A DNA stretch of 64,000 nucleotides from an uncultured Nitrososphaerales archaeon. GTDB taxonomy: Archaea; Thermoproteota; Nitrososphaeria; Nitrososphaerales; Nitrososphaeraceae. This document shows, in pieces, positions 44,478-55,567 of this stretch (position 1 is the stretch's first letter; each line of letters begins with the position of its first letter). Below the pieces are notes generated by a model, which worked only from the letters and a program-made list of their open reading frames with translations, was not told the DNA's origin and searched no databases. The DNA lies in NCBI GenBank assembly GCA_963709405.1, contig CAVPXM010000053.1:32001-96000 (forward strand). The letters are read 5' to 3'. The position numbers and the translations under genes were made by a program.

Positions 44478-45290
44478 TTGTCAACACCTAATGTTGGTAA
44501 TCCCGATCATAGAAGCATGGCAAAAATCGTGCATAGCACCAAAGGTAAGTATATTGTAGCAATTTTGACTGCCAGTTTAATCATTCAGGTATTACCTGGA
44601 GTACCCTCTGCCAGGCCATCACATTTCTTTTCGGTAATGAGTCAATCATCTCTGTACTCTATAGTTCCACATGTACTTGCGCAAAGGGTGGCACCAAACA
44701 GTACATGTAATTGCACTATAGATAGCACTACTTATGGCCACTTATTTAATAATGTGTCCGGAATCACTATCCCCAAGGTAAAGCTTGTACAAAATCAATC
44801 TTTGGAAAGCCAAACTGAGGGTCATCTGACTTGGAAAGCAATAAAATCCATGCAATTGATGGGCATTCTTACCAATGGGTACTTTCTTGGCAATTTTTCC
44901 AGTGGCACAGGGTCCACAGTAGCACTGAACTCATTGACTGTGAAACCGAATGACTCATTAGGGATTCAAATAACCGGAGGAACTATCCCATCTACTGCAA
45001 AAGCAGAGATCATAAAGGCGGATGTAAATGAGAACGGCACTCTTGCACAAATTAAAACTATTGGTAAAACGTTATCTAGCTTGCATGTAAACCACGATAA
45101 AAATATGAAGATGGCATTAAATAAGAATAAGCTCCTTGTAGGACTAGATCCTCGTCCAAATGACTATCTATTCCTCATAACTTTAACATATAGCGATGGG
45201 GTCAAGTCAGGAGGAGGCTCAATGGTTAATAAAGAACCGAAGTCGAATCACATTGTGGCAATATACGAGACTGTTTTGCGGGTGAGCTAA
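44478..45290 (+). CDS. Secreted hypothetical protein
   Basis: Hydrophobic N-terminal segment and many N-x-S/T sequons. Start is possibly ATG ~44517. Confidence 0.65.
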   Translation: MSTPNVGNPDHRSMAKIVHSTKGKYIVAILTASLIIQVLPGVPSARPSHFFSVMSQSSLYSIVPHVLAQRVAPNSTCNCTIDSTTYGHLFNNVSGITIPKVKLVQNQSLESQTEGHLTWKAIKSMQLMGILTNGYFLGNFSSGTGSTVALNSLTVKPNDSLGIQITGGTIPSTAKAEIIKADVNENGTLAQIKTIGKTLSSLHVNHDKNMKMALNKNKLLVGLDPRPNDYLFLITLTYSDGVKSGGGSMVNKEPKSNHIVAIYETVLRVS

Positions 45291-45609
45291 AATACTATCT
45301 TTTTCATCCAGAAATTAACACTATAGGAGCCAAAATAATACCCATATAATATTGTACAATCGTTCGGTCACTAGTTCGCCAATATTGCACCAACTGGTGA
45401 TATTCGATTTTGATTTAATAATTGAGAACAATATTGAGACATCATAATCATGCAAATGCAGCCATCAAAATTAGGAAATCAGGCACTATTGATTAGAATA
45501 GAAAACTGGGCTCATCAAAATAAATGCAGAATTCCCGAATTTAGTTCTAGTTAGAGTTAAAGCAATTAATAACATCCTTTCCAGTTTGTATGCATTCCGC
45601 ACTCTATCG

Positions 45610-46992
45610 CTATGAGTGATCCCGTCCATAAGTCTGCATTATATTTGCTATGCATTTGGTCGCTTTATTGATCAGATCTAATCGGGCAAATTCATTAGGA
45701 GAATGAGATCTATTATATTTGTAAGATCCTCCTATGCAAATACATGGAGCATCAAGTATTTTTTTAAAATGGTACATGGGACCTGAGCCTGCGGAAGATA
45801 CGCTGATAACTGCCCTCCCAAAGGTTTCAGTCGCGGCACGTTTAACTAACTTTACAAATGGATGATTTATAGATGTTCGAGCAGGGTGCTCGCCATCAAC
45901 CATTTTCAATTCTATCCTGTTTTCAAATCCCTTTTCCACAAGATGATTCTGAAGACGAGCGAATTGCTTAGCAGGAACCATGTCTGGGACGAGCCTAAAT
46001 TCTAATCTCGCGATAGCTTTGGCAGGTAAGACTGTCTTGGAGCCTTCTCCAGTATAACCAGACAAAAACCCACAAATGTTGCTCGTTGGTTCGTCGATTA
46101 GAGCCCTTCTGAGTTCAATTCCCTCTAAGTTATTAACAAGTTTTTCTATTCCATATTCACTCTTAAAATCTTCATCATCGAATGGTTCGTCTTTTATAGC
46201 ACAAATCTCCTCTTCCGTCGCATCCCTCACGTCTCTATACCATTCGTTAATCAAAATTCTTCCGTTGTTATCACGGATTGTACCTAAGGCCCTCACTAGA
46301 ACCCATGCGGGATTTTCTATTAAGACTGCCAAACTAGAATGAACGTCATCAGATGGACCTCTTGCGACGAGATCTACAGATAAGATTCCCTTTAGTCCTA
46401 ATTGTATAATAGCCCTTTCCTTTGCGTCTACAAAACCAAATTCCCAAATTATACCATCGCAAATAAATTTTTTCTTGTATTTAGTAAGAAACTCTTGAAT
46501 ATGTACACTTCCAGTCTCCTCTTCTCCCTCAACAATAAATTTTATGTTGCATGGCACATCTCCTGTTTCCTTTAAATAATATTCTACGGCTTTAATTCGA
46601 GTGATCAACTCCCCTTTATCATCGGATGAGCCACGTCCAAAAATGTAGTTACCATCAACCCTTCCACTAAATGGATCGGCGTTATTCCATAATTCGATTG
46701 ATCCTACTGGTTGTACGTCGTAGTGATTGTAAAATAGGATCGTCTTTCCGCATGGATTCGATTTTGATTTAATCTCACCAAATACTATTGGAGGAACAGC
46801 ATCCTCTTTAAAATCATTTAAATAAATTAGCTCACTTTTGATATTGGCCTTATTCATAATTGCAGCTACGAGATGGGCACATTTAACGAGGTTTTGCTTA
46901 TTTGAAGATACACTCGGTTGTCTAATGAGAGTTTGAAGGTCACATACAATATCACGCATATTGGAGTCTATTGCGGAATTTATGTTCTTCAT
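45610..46992 (-). CDS. M20 family metallopeptidase/deacylase
   Basis: YNHYDVQP, GRGSSDDKG, EGEEETGS, SHSPNE. Confidence 0.93.
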   Translation of the reverse strand: MKNINSAIDSNMRDIVCDLQTLIRQPSVSSNKQNLVKCAHLVAAIMNKANIKSELIYLNDFKEDAVPPIVFGEIKSKSNPCGKTILFYNHYDVQPVGSIELWNNADPFSGRVDGNYIFGRGSSDDKGELITRIKAVEYYLKETGDVPCNIKFIVEGEEETGSVHIQEFLTKYKKKFICDGIIWEFGFVDAKERAIIQLGLKGILSVDLVARGPSDDVHSSLAVLIENPAWVLVRALGTIRDNNGRILINEWYRDVRDATEEEICAIKDEPFDDEDFKSEYGIEKLVNNLEGIELRRALIDEPTSNICGFLSGYTGEGSKTVLPAKAIARLEFRLVPDMVPAKQFARLQNHLVEKGFENRIELKMVDGEHPARTSINHPFVKLVKRAATETFGRAVISVSSAGSGPMYHFKKILDAPCICIGGSYKYNRSHSPNEFARLDLINKATKCIANIMQTYGRDHS

Positions 46993-47106
46993 CAGCTACC
47001 ATCAATCACTTGTAGCAATATTATTAATTAATCCCTTTGAGATGCATTCCATTTTCAAATATTGAAATCAATTAATATTAAATACTGGGCAGTACTCTGA
47101 AAAATG

Positions 47107-47620
47107 ATTACATATAGAGCATAATATTATTGTATATTCAGATTTCCTTGCACTAAAGGACTTTTATACAAACTATTGCAAAGGCACACTTCCATCAAAT
47201 GAACTCATTCTGCTCTTATCGCACTACGAATCTGCAATCAAGGTCTTTGAAAGTCTAAAGAGTAATATCAACTTCATAGAAAACTATAAGGCAGATGGCT
47301 CACTCGTGATTGTGAACTCGACAAAAGCATATTTTGACTTGAAAAATGATTTTGTTGGGATCATGATCATGATGAAAATGTTGCTTACGCGTAAGAGTAA
47401 ATTATCTAAGGATGGGATAAGTGTAATTTCTGACATGGGAAATTTTTTCCATCCTCGAAATCGAATTCAGGACCTTTTCAAACATGAAAGACAAATATCT
47501 TCTCATGCATCTTTACCATTTAAATTGTATTGCAGTTATAATACCTATGATCTTGATTTCCTTGACGGAGGCCAAGATCAAAAACTATTGCGCTACCATG
47601 ATAGAGTTATACATATTTGA
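47107..47620 (+). CDS. MEDS/KaiC-like sensory-domain protein (5' end unclear)
   Basis: Frame extends upstream of ORF 47306 as HIEHNIIVYSD...DGSLVIVNS, then ISDMGNFF, HE, LYCSY and HDRVI. Confidence 0.55.
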
Positions 47621-47854
47621 TGTATAATTTGTAGATACATTAATAGAGTGAAATGGCCGTATTGTAACGTACCTATGAGGTTGTCGCTTATCAGATATCG
47701 CCTTATGCGTATAAGAAGGGTAACTAAGAATAAGCTTTTCCTTATCGTTAGATCTCTTATATTTTTCTACCTTAGCATCAAACTTAAGCTTGGATGGGTT
47801 TGAATTAGCATGTTTTCTAATAATGTAGTCCTAACCCAATTATAAATAAGCCAA

Positions 47855-48151
47855 TTATGGCCTATACCAATTAGAAAAGTTGTTTTCTTCAGGTTTCTTT
47901 TTTGACCATATCCTTTGTTTCCACAAATATTTGATCAGGAGAAAATGTTTTGCTATGAAACCAAGAGCAATTGAAATCGCTCCTCCGATTAGAAACCTTA
48001 GGCCGATAATTTTGAATCCATCAGCCTCTTCCCTAATGGAAATGACAGTACTTCCTATCCAGACACAAACTACTCCAAAGGCCAGAAGTATTATGCCTGC
48101 TATCAAAAATGGCTTGAACAGCATCATGGACTCATTAGTAGATTTGGTCAT
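47855..48151 (-). CDS. Two-TM membrane protein
   Basis: Two hydrophobic helices and a basic C-terminus. Confidence 0.6.
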   Translation of the reverse strand: MTKSTNESMMLFKPFLIAGIILLAFGVVCVWIGSTVISIREEADGFKIIGLRFLIGGAISIALGFIAKHFLLIKYLWKQRIWSKKKPEENNFSNWYRP

Positions 48152-49072
48152 TTACGCAACACTAATAGGATGCTTCGACTAATTAAATTTGCTAGATCAT
48201 ATTCTTTTTGCGCGTATCTATACTACACAATGATTGAATAATTATACAGATATCTTCATTTTTTCTCTATACAAAACGTAACGGATAACTAGTCCATAAA
48301 CACACACAAGTAATTACGTGTCTAATTTCAAGAGGTCGAGTAATTTATTCGCGTGGTACTAGTTTGATTTTGTTTGGATCTCCTAGTATCTTAAGGTAGT
48401 AAATATTCAATATCTGGAGGGACCTTTAAATATGCTATTACTTTCATCTCCATATGCCTAAATAGGGCTTATATATTAAAAGGTCGTAAAACACATTTAA
48501 ATCGTAAACCAGAATCCTTAACGTCGCGTTGTGCTTGGCTATTCATCATTGCGTTGCTGTCTTCATTCATTTTTCTAAAAGGTGATTCTATAGACCGCAT
48601 AAGAATTATTCGTGAACTGATCAGTTCATTGTACAAAATAACTAGATGGGATCAAAATTTTAGCTAACCCACGACTGCATAGAATATCCCATCTCAGCAT
48701 CAATTATCATAAACCACAGAGAGCAATCAATGAGCTTAGTCATGCAGCTTGCCCCGAATTGAGGACATAAGCCTGTTTGTAGAAGCTTTTTGTGGCTATA
48801 GCAAATTCCTATACCCTCCATTCTAATTGTTATTATTGATCAAGAAAACCTTGATTAAGAGTTAGTGTAAGAATATTTGAGGTTGAGACCGTGTTTCTGT
48901 AGCTCACAGCAACTGCTTAACGTACACATCTCGATCGGCATATAGATATCGACGTTATCTTCCTAATGAGGTCGGTTATGGCCAGAATTCGCAACAGTGT
49001 TTTTTGACCCTATTTTGGAGGCATTATAAACGCATTTACGAATTTCAAGAAACGAATAACACCCACGTTGAT

Positions 49073-49116
49073 TGCAGTAACTGCAGTAACTGCAGTAATT
49101 GCGAAGTAACTGCAAT
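49073..49116 (+). repeat. 9-bp tandem repeat (TGCAGTAAC)n
   Basis: TTGCAGTAAC-TGCAGTAAC-TGCAGTAAT-TGCGAAGTAAC-TGCAAT. Confidence 0.8.
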
Positions 49117-49331
49117 ATCGGCTTCCACTTATAAAATATACAACACTGAGGTATCCCTTTCTGTGAGACGTTCAGGGCTAATTTGAATTCAGCGAATCGG
49201 GTGACCATAGGATCTTCTAGGAGCTAAATTTGATGCCATTCACAGAATTCGTCTGGATATGACGATTAGAAATCGAAATATAACGACAGGAATGGAAATA
49301 GATCAAATGGCAGATTTAAAGCGCGTCCATA

Positions 49332-49607
49332 TTAATTCTCTCCCCTATTCTCCATTCTCGAGTAATAATCAACAAATTCCGGGGAAATATTTGCCGTTTC
49401 CGCGATAGTGAGGTGGTTACTCGTTTTTTGTCCCCTGATCCAAATAATATTTCCGTCAAGATCAATTTCAATTTTTTTTGAATTTTTCAGGTACCTCAGA
49501 ATTGCATTAATCTTATCCAAATTCAGTATTGGGACAAGCATTTTTTGTAAATCTCTAACCTTAGGGTAACCCTCCACCTTGCTTATTGTCGCTAGGAAGA
49601 AGTCCAA
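49332..49607 (-). CDS. Small winged-helix-like protein
   Basis: Helix-helix-wing pattern (INAILRYLKNSKKIEIDLDGNIIWI). True start is possibly ~49670. Confidence 0.55.
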   Translation of the reverse strand: MDFFLATISKVEGYPKVRDLQKMLVPILNLDKINAILRYLKNSKKIEIDLDGNIIWIRGQKTSNHLTIAETANISPEFVDYYSRMENRGEN

Positions 49608-50467
49608 GTGTTCGTCTGTAAATTCTCCTGGCGAAGTAGATGTTTTTTTTCTTGCCTTTCTTTTTAATCTAATTCGTTATCACCTCACGGTTAAGAGAAA
49701 TATAAAGGCTTAAGCCGTTATAAAAATATCTCATATTAATCAATAGCTGGTGCAATTAAATATCTTTCTTTGTTACGTACACAATATAATTTCGGCGATC
49801 TCTGTTCCCAGCCTCTGATTCTGTAATTAATCGATACCATATACAAAATATGAAATCGTTATGTTACGACATCCCATCAGTTCCCAAGCCCTATCTCAAG
49901 TCTTTTTTTTGTTAGCCTTATACTATCAATACACATGGTCATGAAGTTCTGTCACAAACCAGTCACAAATTTGATTTAGAATCTCGAATACAGACAGTCT
50001 GCTAGAAGGTCTGGTCAGAAAATTAGAGGGTAGTACAAGACCACAAATATTACACAAATTTTATTCTTTTCGCGGCTGACTGATAAGCAGATTAGTCTGG
50101 ACATTGATGGTAGATCGAATTCCTAGTCAAGATCATGCGATATGAATTTCGACTCAATCCTATGCGGCCTTAGATCGCTACAAACGTTTGCTTTCACACA
50201 ATTCCTAATCAGTGAGATAGATCAAATTTGAATCATACCATTCGTTGCAGATATCTGCTTAGTAAAAGATCGATCAGGTATCGAAATATAGAAATGAAGA
50301 AGTGTGTATAACTACAATTCAATCATTTTAGTAGGTTCAAAAACCCAGGAAGAAGCACACACTAGTCCATGGGTTCATAAGATGATTTTTATCTGTACTA
50401 TTCAGTAAAGTCCGAACCTCATGTATGAATACCAAAACGCCGCTGGGATATGGTAATACCACTAAAA

Positions 50468-50851
50468 TTATCTTGACCTAGAGACTATATCGCCGTTAAT
50501 GTGTTCAACAAAAAATGTTGAACCATCGTTCTTATTTTGAACTTTCCATGCAAAATAGTTACCTCCACTTATGGTAGAAGATGCTGTTCCAAGATATTGT
50601 CCTATTGAATCTGAGTTGGCGTTGGATTCATAGTACGCACCATTTCCCTTGATATACACATAGCCCACTGCAAAATCTTTTGGGCTAGGATGCATTGAAC
50701 TGTTTTGCGCTATAACGATAGAAATAGCAGCTTCAGGTGGAATAGGGAATCTGTTGATAGTTGGCTGTTCAAGTGAACCATTTAATGCCAAATAGACTAA
50801 GATCGTCGCACCGATTCCAACCGCGATAGATAGGATTACTTTCTTATCCAA
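50468..50851 (-). CDS. Membrane-anchored hypothetical protein (weakly PepSY-like C-terminus)
   Basis: N-terminal TM, PEAAISIV, AWKV...FFVEHINGDIV. Confidence 0.6.
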   Translation of the reverse strand: MDKKVILSIAVGIGATILVYLALNGSLEQPTINRFPIPPEAAISIVIAQNSSMHPSPKDFAVGYVYIKGNGAYYESNANSDSIGQYLGTASSTISGGNYFAWKVQNKNDGSTFFVEHINGDIVSRSR

Positions 50852-52345
50852 TCTTAACTAGTCTAGTAAAAATCTCAAATATAAACCTGAGATTTATTAA
50901 GGTACGAACTTATAATATTGGCCTAATCTGATCTTCGTGCTAGTTATAATAAGTCAGGAATTCTAGAAAGGATAGAAATGTGGATTCTTTGTTAATAGCC
51001 TTTATTATGTTTCACGATTTTAGCTGTGTAATTCTATTTAGATCAGTTTAAACGAAATTAGATAAGATAGCGGTAACGTCGATTATGCATGCCTTGTCGT
51101 AGGATTCGTTCAAAATCAGCTTATCTCGTGCTCAACTATGTACATATTGTGTTGCAAAAATTTACAATATGCTGGTGTTTAGGACTATCAAAAGGTGCAT
51201 TAAGCAGTATAATTCACCCAATAACGCTCAATACGATCTAGAAGACGTAAGAAATTTTTTAAAAATATTAGACTTTCTATTTAGCTTCTTTAGTCGCGCA
51301 GCGCGAATAATGCAGTCCATCTGACTCACATGATTGATTCACGGGGTTTATCTTTGACAGGCAATATTCCATTTACCACCAATTTTGTATTCACAATTTT
51401 TGTTCGTGCTAGTAAAGCTCACAAATGCAAGTGACCGATTTTATATTAGTCAACCTCCAAGTCATCTTCTAATATTTCTCCAACTGAGTTCGCGCATCTA
51501 ACTAGATTTTCAAATGACAATTCAATGAGTAACTCCTGTTATTACATAACTAAGGGCCAATCGCTGTCTAGCCAATGGCAGTCAAGGGGCTCACGAAGCG
51601 CCCTATTTATTTATCTTAGCGGTAATGCGTCTTCGTACAATGCCGTTCATTGTAAGCCAAACGACAGCCCCGATACTCAATCCTATAATGAATGTTTGAA
51701 TGGACTCTGAAATTATTTTCAGGAATATATTAAGAAAATTACTAACTCGAATACCATTATCGTTAATACCCTGTATGCGGCCAGTATCTAATACTGCATA
51801 TGAACCTTCATATTTGAAATCTCCTGGATATTTTAACCGAACATTCCTCCAACCATCTCCTTCGTTCATCGAATCACTCTTTATTAGGCTGCTGACACAT
51901 ATATTACTCCGTTTGCAAGATACACCGAAGTGCACAAGAAAATCCCAAATAATGAGAGAGATATCACCTTATGCAATAGGGTCGTTTCTACCTGCATAAA
52001 CCAGAGTGTAAGAACTGAAAGCCTTCTTACTCGCAAGATCTCTTTCACAGATGAAAAATAAAGTTGGCTTCTATTTTGCCTAACTGTTATTTGTGTATGA
52101 ATTATTTGCACCACTAATTAGAAAATTCTATGCTAGCCTCAAACCATATGTAATACATAATAGAATAGTATTTTTAATCAAACTATTTCTGACTAATAAC
52201 TACTCATGATTTCTTGCTTCTAGTTTTAAGTGCAATTAATATCAATGTAGAGTTATCTCAAAGTTATGTTGCTAATGTTCTCATCAAAGTCTCGCACCCT
52301 TAAAGGAAGAACATCATTAGTACAAAACAATTCCACAAAAGGTGA

Positions 52346-53341
52346 GAGAATAAAAACAGTCAAACGTTTAAGCTGCATTTTCAATATGCCTACTCTGACT
52401 TTTCGATCCTCTTGTTCTTTCTTGCAATCGTAATCGGAATCCCAGATGGGCACGCTGAAAATCGTAATCAATTCGTATTAACTAAGCAAGGATCCTTTAT
52501 AGATCACGTCGGCAGATAGAACATAGTGGGAGTATTAGACAACGTTGTAAAGACACCAGTTACGATCAATATGAGTCTTTTAGTAAAGAATAGAAATAGT
52601 GGATCGATCATGAGTCAAGTGGAACCAACTTGTGGTAAAATTATCTATCCAAAGACTGGCTCTCCATTCAAATTTGGTCGAGATCGTAACTCGTCTGCAA
52701 TCGATAAGGCATCCATCTCTAGTCTTAAATATGCTTCGGTGCCGTACTATAATATTTTGAGACTGAACTATTCCAATATGCCTGTGCGCAAAAATATGGC
52801 TCTTGTGGGAACCGTTAAGAACATTGGAACTGTCGATGCAAAGGATGTAAGAATATATGCATCGGTTCATAACAATAAAACAACATAGATTGACTCTGTT
52901 AGGAGTGCGGTCATCCCTGTTATTAGTCCAGATCAAGAGGTGGCATTTATAGCCATTCCAGATCCCTCCGTAGCCCCAAATATTAGATATTATAATTGCA
53001 CGCACATCGATCTCCACCCACATATGAACACCTTAGAAATAGGCAAGGACGAATTTATCAGATATGATCTACACAGGATAGTTAGAATTAGTGAATTTAA
53101 GTACGAAGCATTAACAGATAGCATAGTCTTTGCGGTAGGACACTAAAATCCCAGCGGTGGACCTATGGACATGAAAATAATCAAACCACTAAGTTCATCC
53201 ATTTCTGTATTGATGGATGGTAATATGCAGAATAAAGACGTAACTATCAGAACTGTGGATTCAAAGACGGTAAATCTAAATTTTTTCATATCGCCAGGAG
53301 ATCATAAAGTTAAGATCAGAGGATTAAATCATCCCACTTGA
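52346..53341 (+). pseudogene. Secreted Ig-like (FxLYD-like) protein inactivated by nonsense codons
   Basis: One continuous frame (signal peptide, NIVGVLDN, LVGTVKNIG, ...GDHKVKIRG) with stops TAG 52517-19, TAG 52886-88 and TAA 53144-46. Confidence 0.7.
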
Positions 53342-53411
53342 ATCATTATGAGACAGTGGAAAATCTTAGTATCACCTCCGATGATAAATTCATTGAATGA
53401 TCTGCCATTTA

Positions 53412-54293
53412 GAGCCTGTCCCAAAAATAGATAGACATATAGCTAGAGAGTGTCTGTTCAAAGTGTGGCTTACGACAGAATCAAGTACAGTTCCAGCTGT
53501 CAAGAGAATCCCAGATGAGTTATGGGATGAGATAAGGTTTATACTTCCATCAGAAAAACCAGCGAATACCATAGGACGTCCGGCACTATCATTTAGGAAG
53601 GTACTGGATGGTATTTTGTATGTCTTAAGAACTGGATGTCAATGGAAGATGTTGCCAAAGGAATTTGGTTCGGGTTCGACATGTCATAGACGATTCCAAC
53701 AATGGTCAACATCTAAGGTATTTGAAAGATTATGGACCAGACTGCTAAAAGTTTACGATGGTATAGTAGGTATTCGTTGGAAATGGCAGTCACTTGATAG
53801 TGTATCTATAAAGGCACCTTTAGGGGGGAGATGACTGGGCCTAATCCTACAGATAGAGGCAAGTTAGGAACAAAACGTCATATATTGACCGATGGACAAG
53901 GTATTCCACTATCTGTTGTTATAACTGCGCCTAATACGCATGACATGAAGGCCGCTATTAGAACGCTGAACAATATCGTATTTGAAAGATCATCCCATAA
54001 GATGTATGAAGAGAAACAGAACCTTTATCTCGATAAAGGATATGATTTTCCGGAGATTGAAAACGAAGTTATCAAGAAAGGATACTGTCCACACGTTCGA
54101 CATAGAGATAGGAAGCGCAGGAGAGCCCATCATCATAGTTCCAGAAGATGGGTTGCAGAAAGAACCAACTCCTGGCACAACAGGCTCGGAAAACTTTTGG
54201 TTAGATACGAAAAGAAGCTAGAAAGCTATTTTGCGTTAGTATGTTTAGGCTGTTGTATTGTTATCTACAGGAGGATAATTTTGGGATAGGCTC
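53412..54293 (+). mobile_element. IS5-family insertion sequence (882 bp), apparently intact
   Basis: TIRs GAGCCTGTCCCAAAA / TTTTGGGATAGGCTC (14/15 match). TTA target duplication at 53409-11 and 54294-96. Two-ORF transposase. Confidence 0.93.
53463..54289 (+). CDS. IS5 transposase, orfA/orfB joined by a -1 frameshift at TTTAGGGGGG
   Basis: ILYVLRTGCQW..LP, LDSVSIKAPLGG|MTGPNPTDRGKLGTKRH, LDKGYD, RWVAERTNSW...RYEK. Start is approximate. Confidence 0.9.
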
Positions 54294-54511
54294 TTAGTGA
54301 ACGAACAGTAATGTTATCAATATAAGAATCGTCGTGCTAAATACTGTTACGCAATTATTCCATCCTACCCAAAATTACTTAATTAATCTACGGATCGTAA
54401 GTATATAGATCCATCAATAACAACGTGACATATGACTATTTCCCAGAATATGTAGATTTATTTGCATTCGTGAACGATAGGTAAAATAATCACATATTCT
54501 ATGAATATCTT

Positions 54512-55111
54512 ATGCCGTTCAAGGTATTAGGAGTCGGCGGCAGCATGCGGGAAGCCTCACGCAGCACCCTGGCATTGAAGATCATACTGGAAGCGGCAAA
54601 GACGTATGGTGCAGAAACTCGATTGCTTGATTTGCGAAAATATCCTCTACCATTTTACAATCCTAGCAGATACAGTAAGGATGCCAACAAATATGAAATT
54701 CACAGTGTTAGCGATGATGTAAATTGGGCTGACGCCCTTGTATTAGCATCTCCCGATTACCATGGTTCTATGTCTGGAACAATTAAGAATTTTCTCGATC
54801 ATTTTTGGAAGGAATTTGCTGGTAAGACATTTGCCTACGTTTGCACTTCGCATGAAAGGGGGTTAACCGTTATGGATCAGATGCGGACTGCGGTGCGTCA
54901 ATGTTATGGATGGAGTATGCCTTATGGAGCTGCGATAAACGGTGATGAAGACTTTGATGAAGGTGGGAATATAACCAACATTGCATTACAAAGGCGCTTG
55001 AGAATGCTTGCTCGAGATTTGGTGATTTATGGCAGATTAATAAGGGAACAATTTCAAAATGATATAGCAGGTGATGAGATTACGACATTTGCGGCTCTAT
55101 ATAGAAAGTAA
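54512..55111 (+). CDS. NADPH-dependent FMN reductase
   Basis: GGSMREAS.S, ASPDYHGSMSGTIKNFLD, FAGK. Confidence 0.9.
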   Translation: MPFKVLGVGGSMREASRSTLALKIILEAAKTYGAETRLLDLRKYPLPFYNPSRYSKDANKYEIHSVSDDVNWADALVLASPDYHGSMSGTIKNFLDHFWKEFAGKTFAYVCTSHERGLTVMDQMRTAVRQCYGWSMPYGAAINGDEDFDEGGNITNIALQRRLRMLARDLVIYGRLIREQFQNDIAGDEITTFAALYRK

Positions 55112-55567
55112 AAAAAAGAGCTCGCTTAATCTAATGATTGGCTAGGCCTTGAATTATATTGTCTTAACTATCAAAATGGCAAATCCCTAAAGATTTCTAA
55201 ATTCTAATTTCTTATCACTATATGCCTCAGGGTTCGTAGTACTATAGGCTTGGATTCGATAAATAATCCAATGTCATGAATTATTGCGAGAATAAAAAGG
55301 TCCACGGATTTATGATTGGTCTTTATATGCTGCATTAGACCCGTCTAGCCACTATTATTGGAAGATGAATGTGGTCCTTTTTTGGAATTATATTTGCAAA
55401 TTATAAACCATTCTAGGTCCTTATCGTACATACTCGTGACATATAATGCACTGACATTATAATAGGTGAAAATGTATCTATTTGAAAGCATTTGTTACCT
55501 TTATATGAATGACAGGCGACTCAGATTCAATGCTTTTTATAGATAATAATCATTAGGTTGTGTCAGG

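Noticed and set aside
28570-53341. TAG-biased internal stops in two pseudogenes, suggesting amber read-through or pyrrolysine
   Set aside because: Intact genes here end normally in TAG (CBS-HPF, nadM, gatE, ALDH). One internal stop is TAA, the PepSY gene also has frameshifts, and no pyl genes are present in the window.
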